Shown one piece after another: positions 14,405 to 23,888 of a DNA stretch of 32,000 nt. Under the pieces are notes generated by a model that had not been told where the DNA came from, did no database searches, and saw only the letters and a list, made by a program, of their open reading frames with translations. This DNA comes from Pyrolobus fumarii 1A (GTDB lineage: Archaea > Thermoproteota > Thermoprotei_A > Sulfolobales > Pyrodictiaceae). Location: contig NC_015931.1 in the NCBI RefSeq assembly GCF_000223395.1, positions 1,200,001 to 1,232,000 of the forward strand, given 5' to 3'. Numbering within the stretch: the stretch's first letter is position 1; each line of letters begins with the position of its first letter. A program made the translations under genes and the position numbers.

Positions 14405-15313
14405 GTGCAGAAGCGTAGGGGCAGCAACTTGCCGTCCACCAAGCAACAAGTGGAGAGTGAGAGCAGGGGGAACACGCGGAGCCCGCATGGCGTGTTGTGG
14501 GGGACGCTTGGGTCTCTGCTCCGTCTTTACGGCATAACGGTCATGGCGGTACTACTCGACGTGCCTGGCTACATTGCCTCGATACTCGAGGGTCTTGCCG
14601 AAACGGCGCGTACAGCTGGGCTACAAGCAGTCGAGACAGAGCTAAGCAACATGATGTTGAAGATGATTTTCCTGTTGGCAGCCATGCCGTTAACAATAGT
14701 TCTGCTTGTGACTGGCATTGCGGCTTGGTTCGCGGGAGGCTCTCTCATCGAGAAGGGTTGGAAGAGGCTGACCGGGGCGTGGAGCAAGAGAGCTCGTTAC
14801 GCGCTACTCGCTTTCAACATTATGGGTACGCTTCTCTGGGTGCTAGGCGTCCTAGTGATAATCTATCCACTCATCTCGGTCTACTTGGGCACCAATAGTA
14901 GCTACATAACCGCTGTCATACAAGTGGCTAGGAACATCAAAGCCGCCCTACTAGCATTCATATTATCCGCGTTGACCCCCGTTGCTGCAAGCATAATACA
15001 TGCGACGCAGGCGTGGGGTCGCGGCGGCAAGATAGCATCATTCCTGCTGCTCATAGGTGGGCTGATCTACGCTGCTAATGCCGTAATAGTGTACATGGCC
15101 TGGCGGGAGTTTGCAACAAGGGTGTTGCACTTCATCCCAGTAGGGACGGCTAGCATAACACCTGATGCGCTTGCAGCTATACTAGACGGGTTGGCAGAAG
15201 TAGCGAAAGTATTCACGACATACCTCCGGATAGCGATGGTTACCTATGCTGTCTGGGTTGTTGGCTTCCTAGCCGCCTGGTGGGACTACTGGCGGGCTTC
15301 TAAGGGCAAGTAG
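14405..15313 (+). CDS. Hypothetical polytopic membrane protein (5-6 TM), divergent from the DtxR-like gene
   Basis: Hydrophobic helices run throughout the protein (e.g. MIFLLAAMPLTIVLLVTGIAAWFAGG, LLAFNIMGTLLWVLGVLVIIYPLISV, AMVTYAVWVVGFLAAWW). I recognised no family motif. The start is uncertain (GTG 14405, GTG 14492 or ATG 14543). Confidence 0.5.
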   Translation: MQKRRGSNLPSTKQQVESESRGNTRSPHGVLWGTLGSLLRLYGITVMAVLLDVPGYIASILEGLAETARTAGLQAVETELSNMMLKMIFLLAAMPLTIVLLVTGIAAWFAGGSLIEKGWKRLTGAWSKRARYALLAFNIMGTLLWVLGVLVIIYPLISVYLGTNSSYITAVIQVARNIKAALLAFILSALTPVAASIIHATQAWGRGGKIASFLLLIGGLIYAANAVIVYMAWREFATRVLHFIPVGTASITPDALAAILDGLAEVAKVFTTYLRIAMVTYAVWVVGFLAAWWDYWRASKGK

Positions 15314-16446
15314 GGGAGGTTTAACGGGCCAGTGTAGAGCGCCCTTGGACGTATCAGCCTGTTCCTAGCCACATACTCTGCTACGTGCGCTACCCATCCT
15401 ACGATCCTTGCAACTGCAAAGACACCAGTGTAGTACCTTGGTTTAATGCCGAGGGCGTAGAGGAGGACGGAGGCCCAGAAGTCAACGTTCGGGTATATGT
15501 TCTTCCTAGCCAGCCTCTTGAGGGCCGCATTCTCGACAGCAACTGCCGTCTCGTAGAGACGACGGGCTTCACCACCAACAGCATTAGCTATGATTGAGGC
15601 TACCTTCTTGAGTATCAAGCTGCGCGGATCGTACGTCTTGTACACGCGGTGACCGAACCCCATTAGCCTCTTACCACTCGACAATACGTTCTCGACGTAC
15701 TTCTCGGCGTTTTCGGGGTCGCCAATCTCCAGGAGCATCTTTGCAACTTCTTCGAGCGCACCGCCATGGAGCGGGCCCTTGAGCGTCGCTAGCGCAGCAT
15801 CAATAGCGCTATAGATGTCGGTTAGAGTGGAGGCTGCGACCATAGCAGCGAAGGTTGAGGCTGGCAGCTCGTGATCCGCGTAGAGGATGAGTAGTGTGTT
15901 AAACGCGTCTCTCTCCGGCAGGCTAGGCTCTCTACCCGTTAGCGCATAGAGCGTGTAAGCCGCGTGACTATCCAGCTCGAATTTCTCGCTCGGCAGCTCC
16001 CTACCCTCCTCAAGAGCGGCTATGATGCCCAGTAAGCGCGGTGCCGCGCCAACAAGACCAGTACCGGCCTCTATAACGGGCTTCGCGTCTACCTGTTTTG
16101 ATGTGAGCATTCTCGGTTTGCCGTCACCATACCACCCGTAGAGAAGCGTGACGAGAACCCTCATCTTGTCGAGCACATGGAGGTTCTGCGGAAGCTTCTC
16201 AGCGACCTCAATTACATGCTCGGGTATCCTGCGGGCGGCGATAAGCCTCGAACGGAACTCTTCGAGCTCCTCACGGTTTGGAAGCTTACCATGTATCAAG
16301 AGGTAAGCGACTTCTTCGAAGGTTGCTTTCCTGGCAAGCTCGTCAACAGCATATCCTCTATACCATAGCCTACCCTTCTCGCCATCCACATACGATATCC
16401 TAGTCTCTGCGACGTAAACACCATCCAGGCCACGCACAATGCTCAA
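15286..16446 (-). CDS. gltA: Citrate synthase
   Basis: The protein carries the citrate synthase signature GFGHRVYKTYDPR, plus LILYADHELPAST and NVDFWASV. Confidence 0.92.
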   Translation of the reverse strand: MSIVRGLDGVYVAETRISYVDGEKGRLWYRGYAVDELARKATFEEVAYLLIHGKLPNREELEEFRSRLIAARRIPEHVIEVAEKLPQNLHVLDKMRVLVTLLYGWYGDGKPRMLTSKQVDAKPVIEAGTGLVGAAPRLLGIIAALEEGRELPSEKFELDSHAAYTLYALTGREPSLPERDAFNTLLILYADHELPASTFAAMVAASTLTDIYSAIDAALATLKGPLHGGALEEVAKMLLEIGDPENAEKYVENVLSSGKRLMGFGHRVYKTYDPRSLILKKVASIIANAVGGEARRLYETAVAVENAALKRLARKNIYPNVDFWASVLLYALGIKPRYYTGVFAVARIVGWVAHVAEYVARNRLIRPRALYTGPLNLPYLPLEARQ

Positions 16447-16452
16447 GGCTCA

Positions 16453-17160
16453 CTACGCACCTCTCTTCCCAGAACCCCTCCTAACCGGTAGGAGAGCCCT
16501 GCCAGTTTCCTCTAATAACACCACCATCGCAGGGATAATACCCTCTTCCATAGCGCGAGTTACACGCATCCAGTCAATCCTAGCGATAACGTATGTCACT
16601 ATAAAGCTCAGTACTAGCAAAGCCAGGATGAATTGCGCGTTGAAGCCTCCCTCCGCGCCGGTCATACTGGCGAGTATGTCTCCCGTCATGACGGCGAGCG
16701 CCGTGATGACTATCTTGCCTAGAGCGACTGCTATGAAGAAGAGCGTGATGCTATACCCGGCTATGCCTAGCGGTATGTAGAGTATGTCGTCGGGGAGGGG
16801 GAGGGCCGCGAAGAGGAAGATAGCGAGAAACCCCCATTTCTTAATGAGCTTGGCGAAATACTCCATGTTCTCCCTTACATGCTCGGGGAGCACTGCATGC
16901 GCCGCACGCCCCATGGTGAACACTATAAGCTTTCCAATCGCCGCGCCGAGACCAGCAAAGACTATCACGAGCGCCTTTACGAGCGGGTCGCTGTATTCGG
17001 GCGCGGTTAGCGCTATCCACACGAGATACGGGACTGTGGTGTAGGGTATCGCATTGCCAAGCAGCGATACTATAAAGGCACCAAGCCATGGTACGCTGGA
17101 ATAAGCCTCCCAGAGCCCCTTCACAAGCTCCTCGATCAAGCCCCCTCCACTCTCGGGCAA
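16453..17160 (-). CDS. DedA/SNARE-associated (VTT-domain) family membrane protein
   Basis: This 235-aa multi-TM protein has a DedA-like N-terminal region (WLGAFIVSLLGNAIPYTTVPYLVWIA). It ends 6 nt upstream of the citrate synthase start. Confidence 0.55.
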   Translation of the reverse strand: MPESGGGLIEELVKGLWEAYSSVPWLGAFIVSLLGNAIPYTTVPYLVWIALTAPEYSDPLVKALVIVFAGLGAAIGKLIVFTMGRAAHAVLPEHVRENMEYFAKLIKKWGFLAIFLFAALPLPDDILYIPLGIAGYSITLFFIAVALGKIVITALAVMTGDILASMTGAEGGFNAQFILALLVLSFIVTYVIARIDWMRVTRAMEEGIIPAMVVLLEETGRALLPVRRGSGKRGA

Positions 17161-17215
17161 CCAGCCTAACTGATAGCCAATAATAGCGATAATAGCCGAT
17201 AAGGAAGCCAGAGCC

Positions 17216-17683
17216 TCACTCTATTGGCCCTACATCTGGTCTGCCCTGCCTCAAACCCTTACCTGCCCATGGCGTTAGAGCCTCAGGGCCTTCAAGCAGG
17301 AGCATCATAAGGTTGCGTGCATGTTTTCTAGCACGGTCTATTGCTATCTGGCGAAGCTCCTCGGGGCTAGAAGCCTCGTCCTCGTGTACAGTAACGTCTA
17401 TCACATGCCTGCGCGTCTTTAGCTGCACAAGTATAAGCCCCATACTGGCGACTACATAGCTTAGCTTATCGGTTAGACTAGACCCAACCCAGCCTAATGT
17501 TATCACGCCATCGCATCCGAACTCCTCTATGAGCCTCAGGGCAGCAACCGGAAGATCCTTTATGCCTGGCACAGTGTATCTCACGATCTCCGCATTGGGA
17601 TCTATCTCCTGGATAGCCTCAATTGCATACCTGGCCATGTCAACACGCGCAAATGTAGTATCAGCGACGCCGACCCTAACCAA
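17216..17683 (-). CDS. ribC: Archaeal-type riboflavin synthase
   Basis: The N-terminus MVRVGVADTTFARVDMA is characteristic of the archaeal lumazine-synthase-like riboflavin synthase. The size of 155 aa also fits. Confidence 0.85.
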   Translation of the reverse strand: MVRVGVADTTFARVDMARYAIEAIQEIDPNAEIVRYTVPGIKDLPVAALRLIEEFGCDGVITLGWVGSSLTDKLSYVVASMGLILVQLKTRRHVIDVTVHEDEASSPEELRQIAIDRARKHARNLMMLLLEGPEALTPWAGKGLRQGRPDVGPIE

Positions 17684-17686
17684 GGC

Positions 17687-18382
17687 TTAGCGCCTCGCGT
17701 TTCTCCACTCCCACCAGGCCTCGATAATCTCGTCGCCAGTCACGAGAGGGATACCGGTTAGCCTGCTGAACCTCTCTGCCTCATCCAAACCCATCGACTC
17801 GCCATGATCGCTAAGCATCTCTGCAAAGACTACGCTCGGGCTAAGACCGGCCATCTCAGCCAGGGCGACAGACAACTCCGTGTGGCCCCTCCTCTGCTCC
17901 AAGCCCCTAGAGCCGAGAAGAGCAACATGACCTGGCACTACGAACTCGTCCTGGAAGAACTTGACTGCTTTCTCGTCACCCTCTATGAGCAGCTGAGTTA
18001 GCCTGTGGAGAGCTGCTATCGTCTTGGCGCGATCCACATCACTGATACCCGTCTTTACGCTACGGTGGTTAACCCAGAGTACGAAAGCAGGCGGGTCTCC
18101 ATATGAGAGCCTCCTCTCGGCCAGAGGTGCTAATGAGGGAACCTTCGCCAGCGCCTCGTGGAGGAACGGAATGCCAAGCTTCTTCAACAAGTCGTAGCGA
18201 GTAGCGTAGCAGATCAAGCCTCCCGCAACGCGCCTTAGGAGACTGACCTCTCTCCACGTGACACTAGATGCGTGGAAAACCAGGTCTACCTCCTCTTCTC
18301 TACCCCACCCGTCAAAGACCATTACGGGCTCTCCGCGCTTCAATGCCCGGATGGCGACCTCTACGCGGCTCACTCTAGACAT
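17687..18382 (-). CDS. ribB: 3,4-dihydroxy-2-butanone 4-phosphate synthase
   Basis: GREEEVDLVFHA, RGHTELSVALAEMAGL and the overall length match monofunctional DHBP synthase. Confidence 0.88.
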   Translation of the reverse strand: MSRVSRVEVAIRALKRGEPVMVFDGWGREEEVDLVFHASSVTWREVSLLRRVAGGLICYATRYDLLKKLGIPFLHEALAKVPSLAPLAERRLSYGDPPAFVLWVNHRSVKTGISDVDRAKTIAALHRLTQLLIEGDEKAVKFFQDEFVVPGHVALLGSRGLEQRRGHTELSVALAEMAGLSPSVVFAEMLSDHGESMGLDEAERFSRLTGIPLVTGDEIIEAWWEWRNARR

Positions 18383-18391
18383 GCTGGCACC

Positions 18392-19021
18392 CTACACGTA
18401 CTCTCTGAGACCCTTAACAGCGTATACGGTTTCCGAGGCTATGTAGGTGAGGTGGTCAGCTATCCTCTCCAGATGCCTCAGTATGAGCGCCTCGGCTGCA
18501 GTACAACGATCTATCGTGTCACTCTTGAGCCTCGTCAAGCCAGCTATGTAAGCCTCGTCTATTCCGGCATCCAACTGCATGACCTTCCTTGCAGCTTTCT
18601 CGTCAAGCTCTAGTATGGCTTTCCTGGCGAGGCTCATCATCTCAAGTATCTGATCCCAAGTTTCACACGCAAGCCCCATCTCACACCCGTTGCACTCCAG
18701 TATCCTTACCGTCCTAGCAATCTCGAAAGTGTAGCGCGTCACGCGATAGAAGTCATAGCTCGCATTAACAAGGGCTTGCAGCAAGCGTAGGTCGGCAGCC
18801 ACAGGCTGGAACCTCGCGATGACCTCCGTGGCAAGGTCATGCACCTCGGTTTTGAGGCGGAAAGCGTCCCTCGAGAAGCCGCGCAGCTTCTCCAGGTCAC
18901 CCTCGCTACACTGTCTTATACAATTTCGAGCGTATCTGAGAGACTCGTCGGCAACAGAAGCAAGGCTACCAATAAGACCCTTGAGCTCTTCGAGGGCGAG
19001 GTCTATTAGGCGCTTAGGCAC
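18392..19021 (-). CDS. phoU: PhoU-family phosphate-signalling/regulatory protein
   Basis: The 209-aa protein has a two-repeat helical PhoU architecture with LERIADHLTYIA near the C-terminus. It starts 2 nt downstream of pstB. Confidence 0.78.
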   Translation of the reverse strand: MPKRLIDLALEELKGLIGSLASVADESLRYARNCIRQCSEGDLEKLRGFSRDAFRLKTEVHDLATEVIARFQPVAADLRLLQALVNASYDFYRVTRYTFEIARTVRILECNGCEMGLACETWDQILEMMSLARKAILELDEKAARKVMQLDAGIDEAYIAGLTRLKSDTIDRCTAAEALILRHLERIADHLTYIASETVYAVKGLREYV

Positions 19022-19023
19022 GG

Positions 19024-19839
19024 CTAAAACGCCCCCGTTAGGAACTTCTCTGTAAGCTCGTGCTTAGGTCTTGTGAAGACCTCTTTCGTCGGCCCCGCCT
19101 CGACAAGCTCACCCTTATAGATGAAGGCGACGTAGTCAGCCACCCTTGCAGCCTGCCTAGGCGAGTGTGTCACGATGATAATGGTTACCTCTTTCTTCAG
19201 CTCGGCTATCAACTCCTCTATCTTGGACGTTGCTATGGGGTCCAGATTTGCCGTCGGCTCATCCATGAGCAGTATCCTGGGTTTTAGCGCTAGAGCCCTG
19301 GCTATGCACAGCCTCTGCTGCTGGCCGCCAGATAGCTTCGAGGCCGGCTCGTGAAGCCTATCCTTGACCTCATCCCACAACGCTGCCTTCTCTAGAGCCC
19401 AACGCACTATCTCGTCAAGCTCCTTCTTCGACCTATACATCTTGTGAATCCTTGGCCCCAGCGCCACATTCTCGTATATACTCATGTGGGGGAAGGGATT
19501 GGGCATCTGGAATACCATGCCAACAAGCCTTCTGACCTCAATAGGGTCTATGCCCTCAGCGTAGATGTCTACACCCAGGACGCGTATGCTTCCCTCTACA
19601 CGCGCCCCGGGGACAAAGTCGAGCATACGGTTGATGCTACGCAGCAGCGTCGACTTGCCGCTACCACTCGGCCCCATTATCGCAAATACCGTGTTCCTCG
19701 GTATCTTCAAGGTGACGTTCTTGACCACCTTTTTACCGCCATAGTAGATGCTCACCTTCTCTAGCTCTACCGCATAGGTGCTATCTAGGCGCCACATGCT
19801 CTTCTGTCTCGAGCGCCCTACGAGGAGGGATACCGGCAA
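19024..19839 (-). CDS. pstB: Phosphate ABC transporter ATP-binding protein PstB
   Basis: The protein has [63 protein letters not shown] and [15 protein letters not shown]. The TTG start at 19839 is preceded by a near-perfect Shine-Dalgarno sequence, AGGAGGTGATGG. Confidence 0.92.
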   Translation of the reverse strand: MPVSLLVGRSRQKSMWRLDSTYAVELEKVSIYYGGKKVVKNVTLKIPRNTVFAIMGPSGSGKSTLLRSINRMLDFVPGARVEGSIRVLGVDIYAEGIDPIEVRRLVGMVFQMPNPFPHMSIYENVALGPRIHKMYRSKKELDEIVRWALEKAALWDEVKDRLHEPASKLSGGQQQRLCIARALALKPRILLMDEPTANLDPIATSKIEELIAELKKEVTIIIVTHSPRQAARVADYVAFIYKGELVEAGPTKEVFTRPKHELTEKFLTGAF

Positions 19840-19923
19840 TCCATCACCTCCTCTTGCCCAAGCCGAGAGTGGTGGCGCTACGACCTTGCTTCAAGCCCGC
19901 GTGAACCCCACGCGCCCCTCCTT

Positions 19924-21366
19924 TTAAGACGCTTCGCCTGCACCACGCGTACGAAGAAGTCTAGAGTGTATCCTCTCAGCTATACGTACAGCATCTCGAG
20001 CGTTAGTAACGATGGTCAAACTCGCGTCGTGGAAACCGGTAGTTATGCTACGTAGCTCCGGCTCCGGCTCTAGACTCAGAGCCTCGCTTAGAACACGCGC
20101 CCGGAGAGAGGGGTTACGAAGACCATACCCGACTATAGTCACGGCCGATAGCCCAGTCTCGACCATCACGTTCACATCAAGCTCTTGGTTCCTTATCTCC
20201 TCGCTTAACGCCTTCGCGAGACGCTCAGCATCCTCCTCTGCAACCACGATTTCTATGCGCGTCTCGGTTACCGGCTGCGATATCGCGACTATATTGACAC
20301 CAGCACGTTTCGACACACTCGTCACCATCATAGCGGTGCCTATCCTCCCAGCCATCACGGCACCCTCAAGCCTCACAACAGCCAACCCACGCATCACAGC
20401 GACAGCCTTCAACGTGTCGATACACTCCGGCTCGACTATCGTGTGAGGCCCGTGAGGGTCCTTGGCATCAAGGATACGCGCACGTATCTTGGAGTAGAGG
20501 AGCGGCTCGAAGGTCCTCGGGTGGAACTTCTTCCCGCCAACCCTCGAGAGTTCCAAAGCCTCAATGACGCACAGTCTCGGGATTGTACGGGCTTCTGGTA
20601 TGAGCCGCGGGTCTGCCGTCATCACGCCAGGCACATCAGTATAGAAGTGGACCTCCGTAGCCCCTAGTATCGATGCTATGAGGCTAGCAGTGTAGTCGCT
20701 ACCCCCACGCCCGAGTGTAGTTATGTCGCCCTTGCGCGTCGCCGCTATGAAACCAGTTACGATGGGGACTATGCCCTTCTCTGTGAGAGGTAGGAGCCTG
20801 GAACGTACGCGCGGTACAGTCTCCTCCATTATCGGGTTAGCCTCTCCGAACCTATCGTCGGTAACAATGCCCGCCTCCCAGCCGGTAAGCGCCTTAGCCT
20901 CGATGCCACGCGAGCGCAGCACAGCCTCCATAATCACAGCTGAGAGCCTCTCGCCAAAACTCACCACGTAGTCGAGCGCCTTGGGCGTCACCTCGCCGAG
21001 GACACGAAGAGCCCATATTATCTTGGTGAGTTCATCTATCAGCCTCGCGATCCTGGAGAATGCTTCGCCAAAGAGCCTCCCGGATACACCTGCACCCCTA
21101 AGAGCCTCGACGTGCATCTGGTAGAGCTCTGGTATCTCCACGCTAGGGCTTGCCTCAAAGTCCCTTGCAAGCCTCAGAAGGCGATCGGTAACACCCTTCA
21201 TAGCCGAGACAACTAGTATAACACTGTGCTCGCGCTGCAGCTCCTCTGTTATCTCGGCTGCCCTCGCATAATCCTCGCCGCTCTTTAGCACAGAGCCGCC
21301 GAACTTCGCTACTAACAGCGGTTTCACTGTAAGCGCCCCGTCAATACCCTGGACGCGCGACACCAC
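19924..21366 (-). CDS. Aspartate kinase with C-terminal ACT domains
   Basis: The protein has LVAKFGGSVL, SAMKGVTD and GRGGSDYTASL, with a duplicated ACT-like C-terminal half. The start is either GTG 21366 or the internal GTG 21327 (VKPLLVAKFGGS). Confidence 0.88.
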   Translation of the reverse strand: MVSRVQGIDGALTVKPLLVAKFGGSVLKSGEDYARAAEITEELQREHSVILVVSAMKGVTDRLLRLARDFEASPSVEIPELYQMHVEALRGAGVSGRLFGEAFSRIARLIDELTKIIWALRVLGEVTPKALDYVVSFGERLSAVIMEAVLRSRGIEAKALTGWEAGIVTDDRFGEANPIMEETVPRVRSRLLPLTEKGIVPIVTGFIAATRKGDITTLGRGGSDYTASLIASILGATEVHFYTDVPGVMTADPRLIPEARTIPRLCVIEALELSRVGGKKFHPRTFEPLLYSKIRARILDAKDPHGPHTIVEPECIDTLKAVAVMRGLAVVRLEGAVMAGRIGTAMMVTSVSKRAGVNIVAISQPVTETRIEIVVAEEDAERLAKALSEEIRNQELDVNVMVETGLSAVTIVGYGLRNPSLRARVLSEALSLEPEPELRSITTGFHDASLTIVTNARDAVRIAERIHSRLLRTRGAGEAS

Positions 21367-21428
21367 GGTTTAAGAGACACCCTCCATGAGCACCCTCGAC
21401 AGGGAGCTTCACCAGGAGGTGCAGAGAC

Positions 21429-21743
21429 TTGGCGTGGACGCCCCCACCGCCACCGAGAGGAAGGCCACCCAAACCCAGGAGGATATCCATACCGCCGGTG
21501 CCGCGCGCCTGGGCACCCGCCCCGCCAACAACCATAGATGCAAGGATAGCCGTGATCATTAGCCTCGACGAGCTAGAGGCGTTGAAACTAGTGTACCTCG
21601 ACGAGCTTAGCCAGGAGGAGGCCGCAGCCAGGATGGGTGTCTCGAGAGGCACGCTCTGGAGGTTATTGGCCAGCGCAAGGAAGAAAGTAGCCTATGCTCT
21701 CGTCGAACTTAAACCTATCCTAGTCGCTCCAGCTCCGCCCTGA
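21429..21743 (+). CDS. DUF134 (UPF0251) family small DNA-binding protein
   Basis: GRPPKPRRI ... SLDELEALKLVYLDELSQEEAAARMGVSRGTLWRLLASARKKVAYALVE matches the DUF134 sigma-70 region 4-like HTH. The TTG start is preceded by AGGAGGTG. Its 3' end overlaps convergent tmcA paralogue 2 by 29 nt. Confidence 0.7.
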   Translation: MAWTPPPPPRGRPPKPRRISIPPVPRAWAPAPPTTIDARIAVIISLDELEALKLVYLDELSQEEAAARMGVSRGTLWRLLASARKKVAYALVELKPILVAPAPP

Positions 21744-23844
21744 CAAGACGCCTTGCAGCAGAGTCTACGATCCTAGCCGCCTCAGCCCTATCTACGCCAA
21801 GGAGCGCAGCAACCTCCGAGAGCGGCTTACCTTGTACAAGTCTGGCAACCAACGCCACAGCCTCCTTATCCTCTAGTCGCAAACCTCTACGAGCAAGTAT
21901 GGAGACAACGCTCGCCCATACAGCATCCCACGCTGCCTCGTGGTCCAGCTCCCCCCGCAGGAAGCTATCGAGTACTCTCTCTTGCCACTCTGTTAGGCCC
22001 AAGGGGGGCACCGTTGACAACAAAGGCTCGACTCTAAGCATGTCTACTAGCACCTCAGCGGGTAGGTCGCGGTACACGCTCTGCCCGGCGATCAACAACC
22101 TAAGCCTCATGTTATACTCCAGCTCGGCAATAGCACTGAGCGGCGCAGAGATACTCTTAGCCACGGCGATGTTCTTCTCGCCAGTCGCCTTGTTGAAGCG
22201 CGGCGAGATATAGACGACACGATACCCGTTGGCGAGCCAGAAGCGTGTTACTACACCACGAGAGTATACAGCGCCGACTACCTCGCCGCCGAGCACAGAG
22301 ACGCCATGCTCCACACAACGCAGGAGTCTAGAGCCGAACCCCCTGCCCTGAAGCTCCGTCCTTACCGCAATACGGACAATACGAGCGACACGATATCCCC
22401 ACAAGCCCGTGATGCTCGTTAGCATCCTTCTCTCTCGCGGCGCTAGCCATTCCAGGCTAACCTCCGCGACAGCAATAGGCACACCACGCGAATCTCTTAG
22501 GATGTATACACGGTAGTAAGGCGAGTCTAGCATGAGCGCGAGGTCGTCCGGCTCGTTGCGGTAGTGTGCCTCGCTAAGCACCTCATACGCGAGCCTCGCA
22601 AGCCACGGGTCACTTGCAAGCCTCCACCCATTCATTGAGACACATTCGACGGGCAATAGGGGCTCGTAACGCTCGTCGCCAAGGAGCCTCCGGAGCACAA
22701 ACGTCTCGTACAACCAGTCTTCGAGGGGGTCGCCCGGCGGGTACCTAACCGGTGTCTTAAGCTCAACCCTAATCATCGGCTGCGGGAGTATCGACTCGAC
22801 CATGTGTAACAGTGTACGCCCACTCCCCTCATACCCGTGGATAGTCGTGGCTGCCATGAGCCTCCTGGCCTTCCTCGCAAGCATTCTCAACCGGTGCGGC
22901 CCAACCGCGGCAGCCTCGTCGATAACAAGGAGGCCCCCAGGCTCATAGACCTCCTCGAGAGTATGGAAACGCACATGAAACCAAGGGCCCCGCACACCAT
23001 AGACAACATCACCCTTAGCCAATACGCGGTGATTGATACCAGCCTTGCGGAGAGCCGCCACCAGCATGCGGAAGAGACTCTGCACCGATTCGAGCGAAGG
23101 TGCAGTCACGGTAACGAAGCCCACATCCTTCCGCAATGTTAGCAGCGCAAGGGCCAAGCCAAGCGCGGCGCTCTTCCCCCTGCCACGGTCACCGGTAAAT
23201 AGTAACGTACGGTACCCACCACGGGCAAACCTCCAAGCTGCTCGAAGCGCCTCACCCTGGTCTCTTGTCGCCACAAGCTCCCTAAGAACACGAGGCACCA
23301 TAAGATACTCCCGATCGTCGAGGCGTGGTGGCCCTGGAGGCCAAGGTTTCTCGCCCCTAACAGGAGGCAGCCTAGACTCTACAACCCTCCCGCCGCACAG
23401 GTCAAGCCTCAGGAGTGCACTCATAGAGTCGAGACTGTACTCGAGGTATCTCGCGTAGCCACCCGAACCCAGCCAACCACCAGGATCCCACTGCCAAGGA
23501 CAATCGGCTACAATAACGAGAACGCCGGGAGCGCGAACCATCTCGGCCACAGCGGCCAAGAGATTTGGCAGAAGAAGAGGCTCAACATCAACTATTACAG
23601 CATCATATTCACCGCCAAGGAGCCTCTGGACCCTCGCGGGGCTCTCAACACGCCACCCAGTCCACTTCCACGAACCCCTCCTAGACGAAGATGCTAAGAC
23701 GAGAACCTCCCTACCACTCAACAAGCTCGCTAGCAACGCAGGTGCAACACTCCTACCATGAACTATGACTAGGCCACGGTATCCACGCTCATCGAGATGC
23801 TCGAGCCACTCCCTAGCCTTAACCGTCAAGCCATCCAATAGCAA
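21715..23844 (-). CDS. TmcA/Nat10-family RNA cytidine acetyltransferase, paralogue 2 (709 aa)
   Basis: It has the same motif set as paralogue 1: TGDRGRGKSAALG, LLVIDEAAAV, ATTIHGYEGSGRTL, HYRNEPDDLALMLDSP and the GNAT loop RTELQGRGFGSRLL. It is much richer in Arg/Ala/Gly and poorer in Lys than paralogue 1. Confidence 0.8.
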   Translation of the reverse strand: MLLDGLTVKAREWLEHLDERGYRGLVIVHGRSVAPALLASLLSGREVLVLASSSRRGSWKWTGWRVESPARVQRLLGGEYDAVIVDVEPLLLPNLLAAVAEMVRAPGVLVIVADCPWQWDPGGWLGSGGYARYLEYSLDSMSALLRLDLCGGRVVESRLPPVRGEKPWPPGPPRLDDREYLMVPRVLRELVATRDQGEALRAAWRFARGGYRTLLFTGDRGRGKSAALGLALALLTLRKDVGFVTVTAPSLESVQSLFRMLVAALRKAGINHRVLAKGDVVYGVRGPWFHVRFHTLEEVYEPGGLLVIDEAAAVGPHRLRMLARKARRLMAATTIHGYEGSGRTLLHMVESILPQPMIRVELKTPVRYPPGDPLEDWLYETFVLRRLLGDERYEPLLPVECVSMNGWRLASDPWLARLAYEVLSEAHYRNEPDDLALMLDSPYYRVYILRDSRGVPIAVAEVSLEWLAPRERRMLTSITGLWGYRVARIVRIAVRTELQGRGFGSRLLRCVEHGVSVLGGEVVGAVYSRGVVTRFWLANGYRVVYISPRFNKATGEKNIAVAKSISAPLSAIAELEYNMRLRLLIAGQSVYRDLPAEVLVDMLRVEPLLSTVPPLGLTEWQERVLDSFLRGELDHEAAWDAVWASVVSILARRGLRLEDKEAVALVARLVQGKPLSEVAALLGVDRAEAARIVDSAARRLVRAELERLG

Positions 23845-23888
23845 GAGAGTGCCCCGGCAAGCATCCGAAAATGCGAGAGGTAAAGGAT

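Noticed and set aside
14497-14898. The 133-aa alternative-frame ORF inside the membrane-protein gene.
   Set aside because: This Arg/Gly/His-rich sequence is typical of an off-frame reading of GC-rich coding DNA. The main frame encodes coherent TM helices.
17180-17196. A tandem ATAATAGC-G-ATAATAGC direct repeat between ribC and the DedA-like gene.
   Set aside because: It has only two short copies in an AT-rich promoter-sized gap. It is most simply a TATA-like promoter element for the DedA-citrate synthase unit, not a repeat element.
21386-21562. A 58-aa ATG-initiated ORF that overlaps the DUF134 N-terminus in another frame.
   Set aside because: It has no recognisable motif. The DUF134 frame is clearly conserved in type (GRPPKPRRI ... 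HTH) and has a strong AGGAGGTG SD before TTG 21429.
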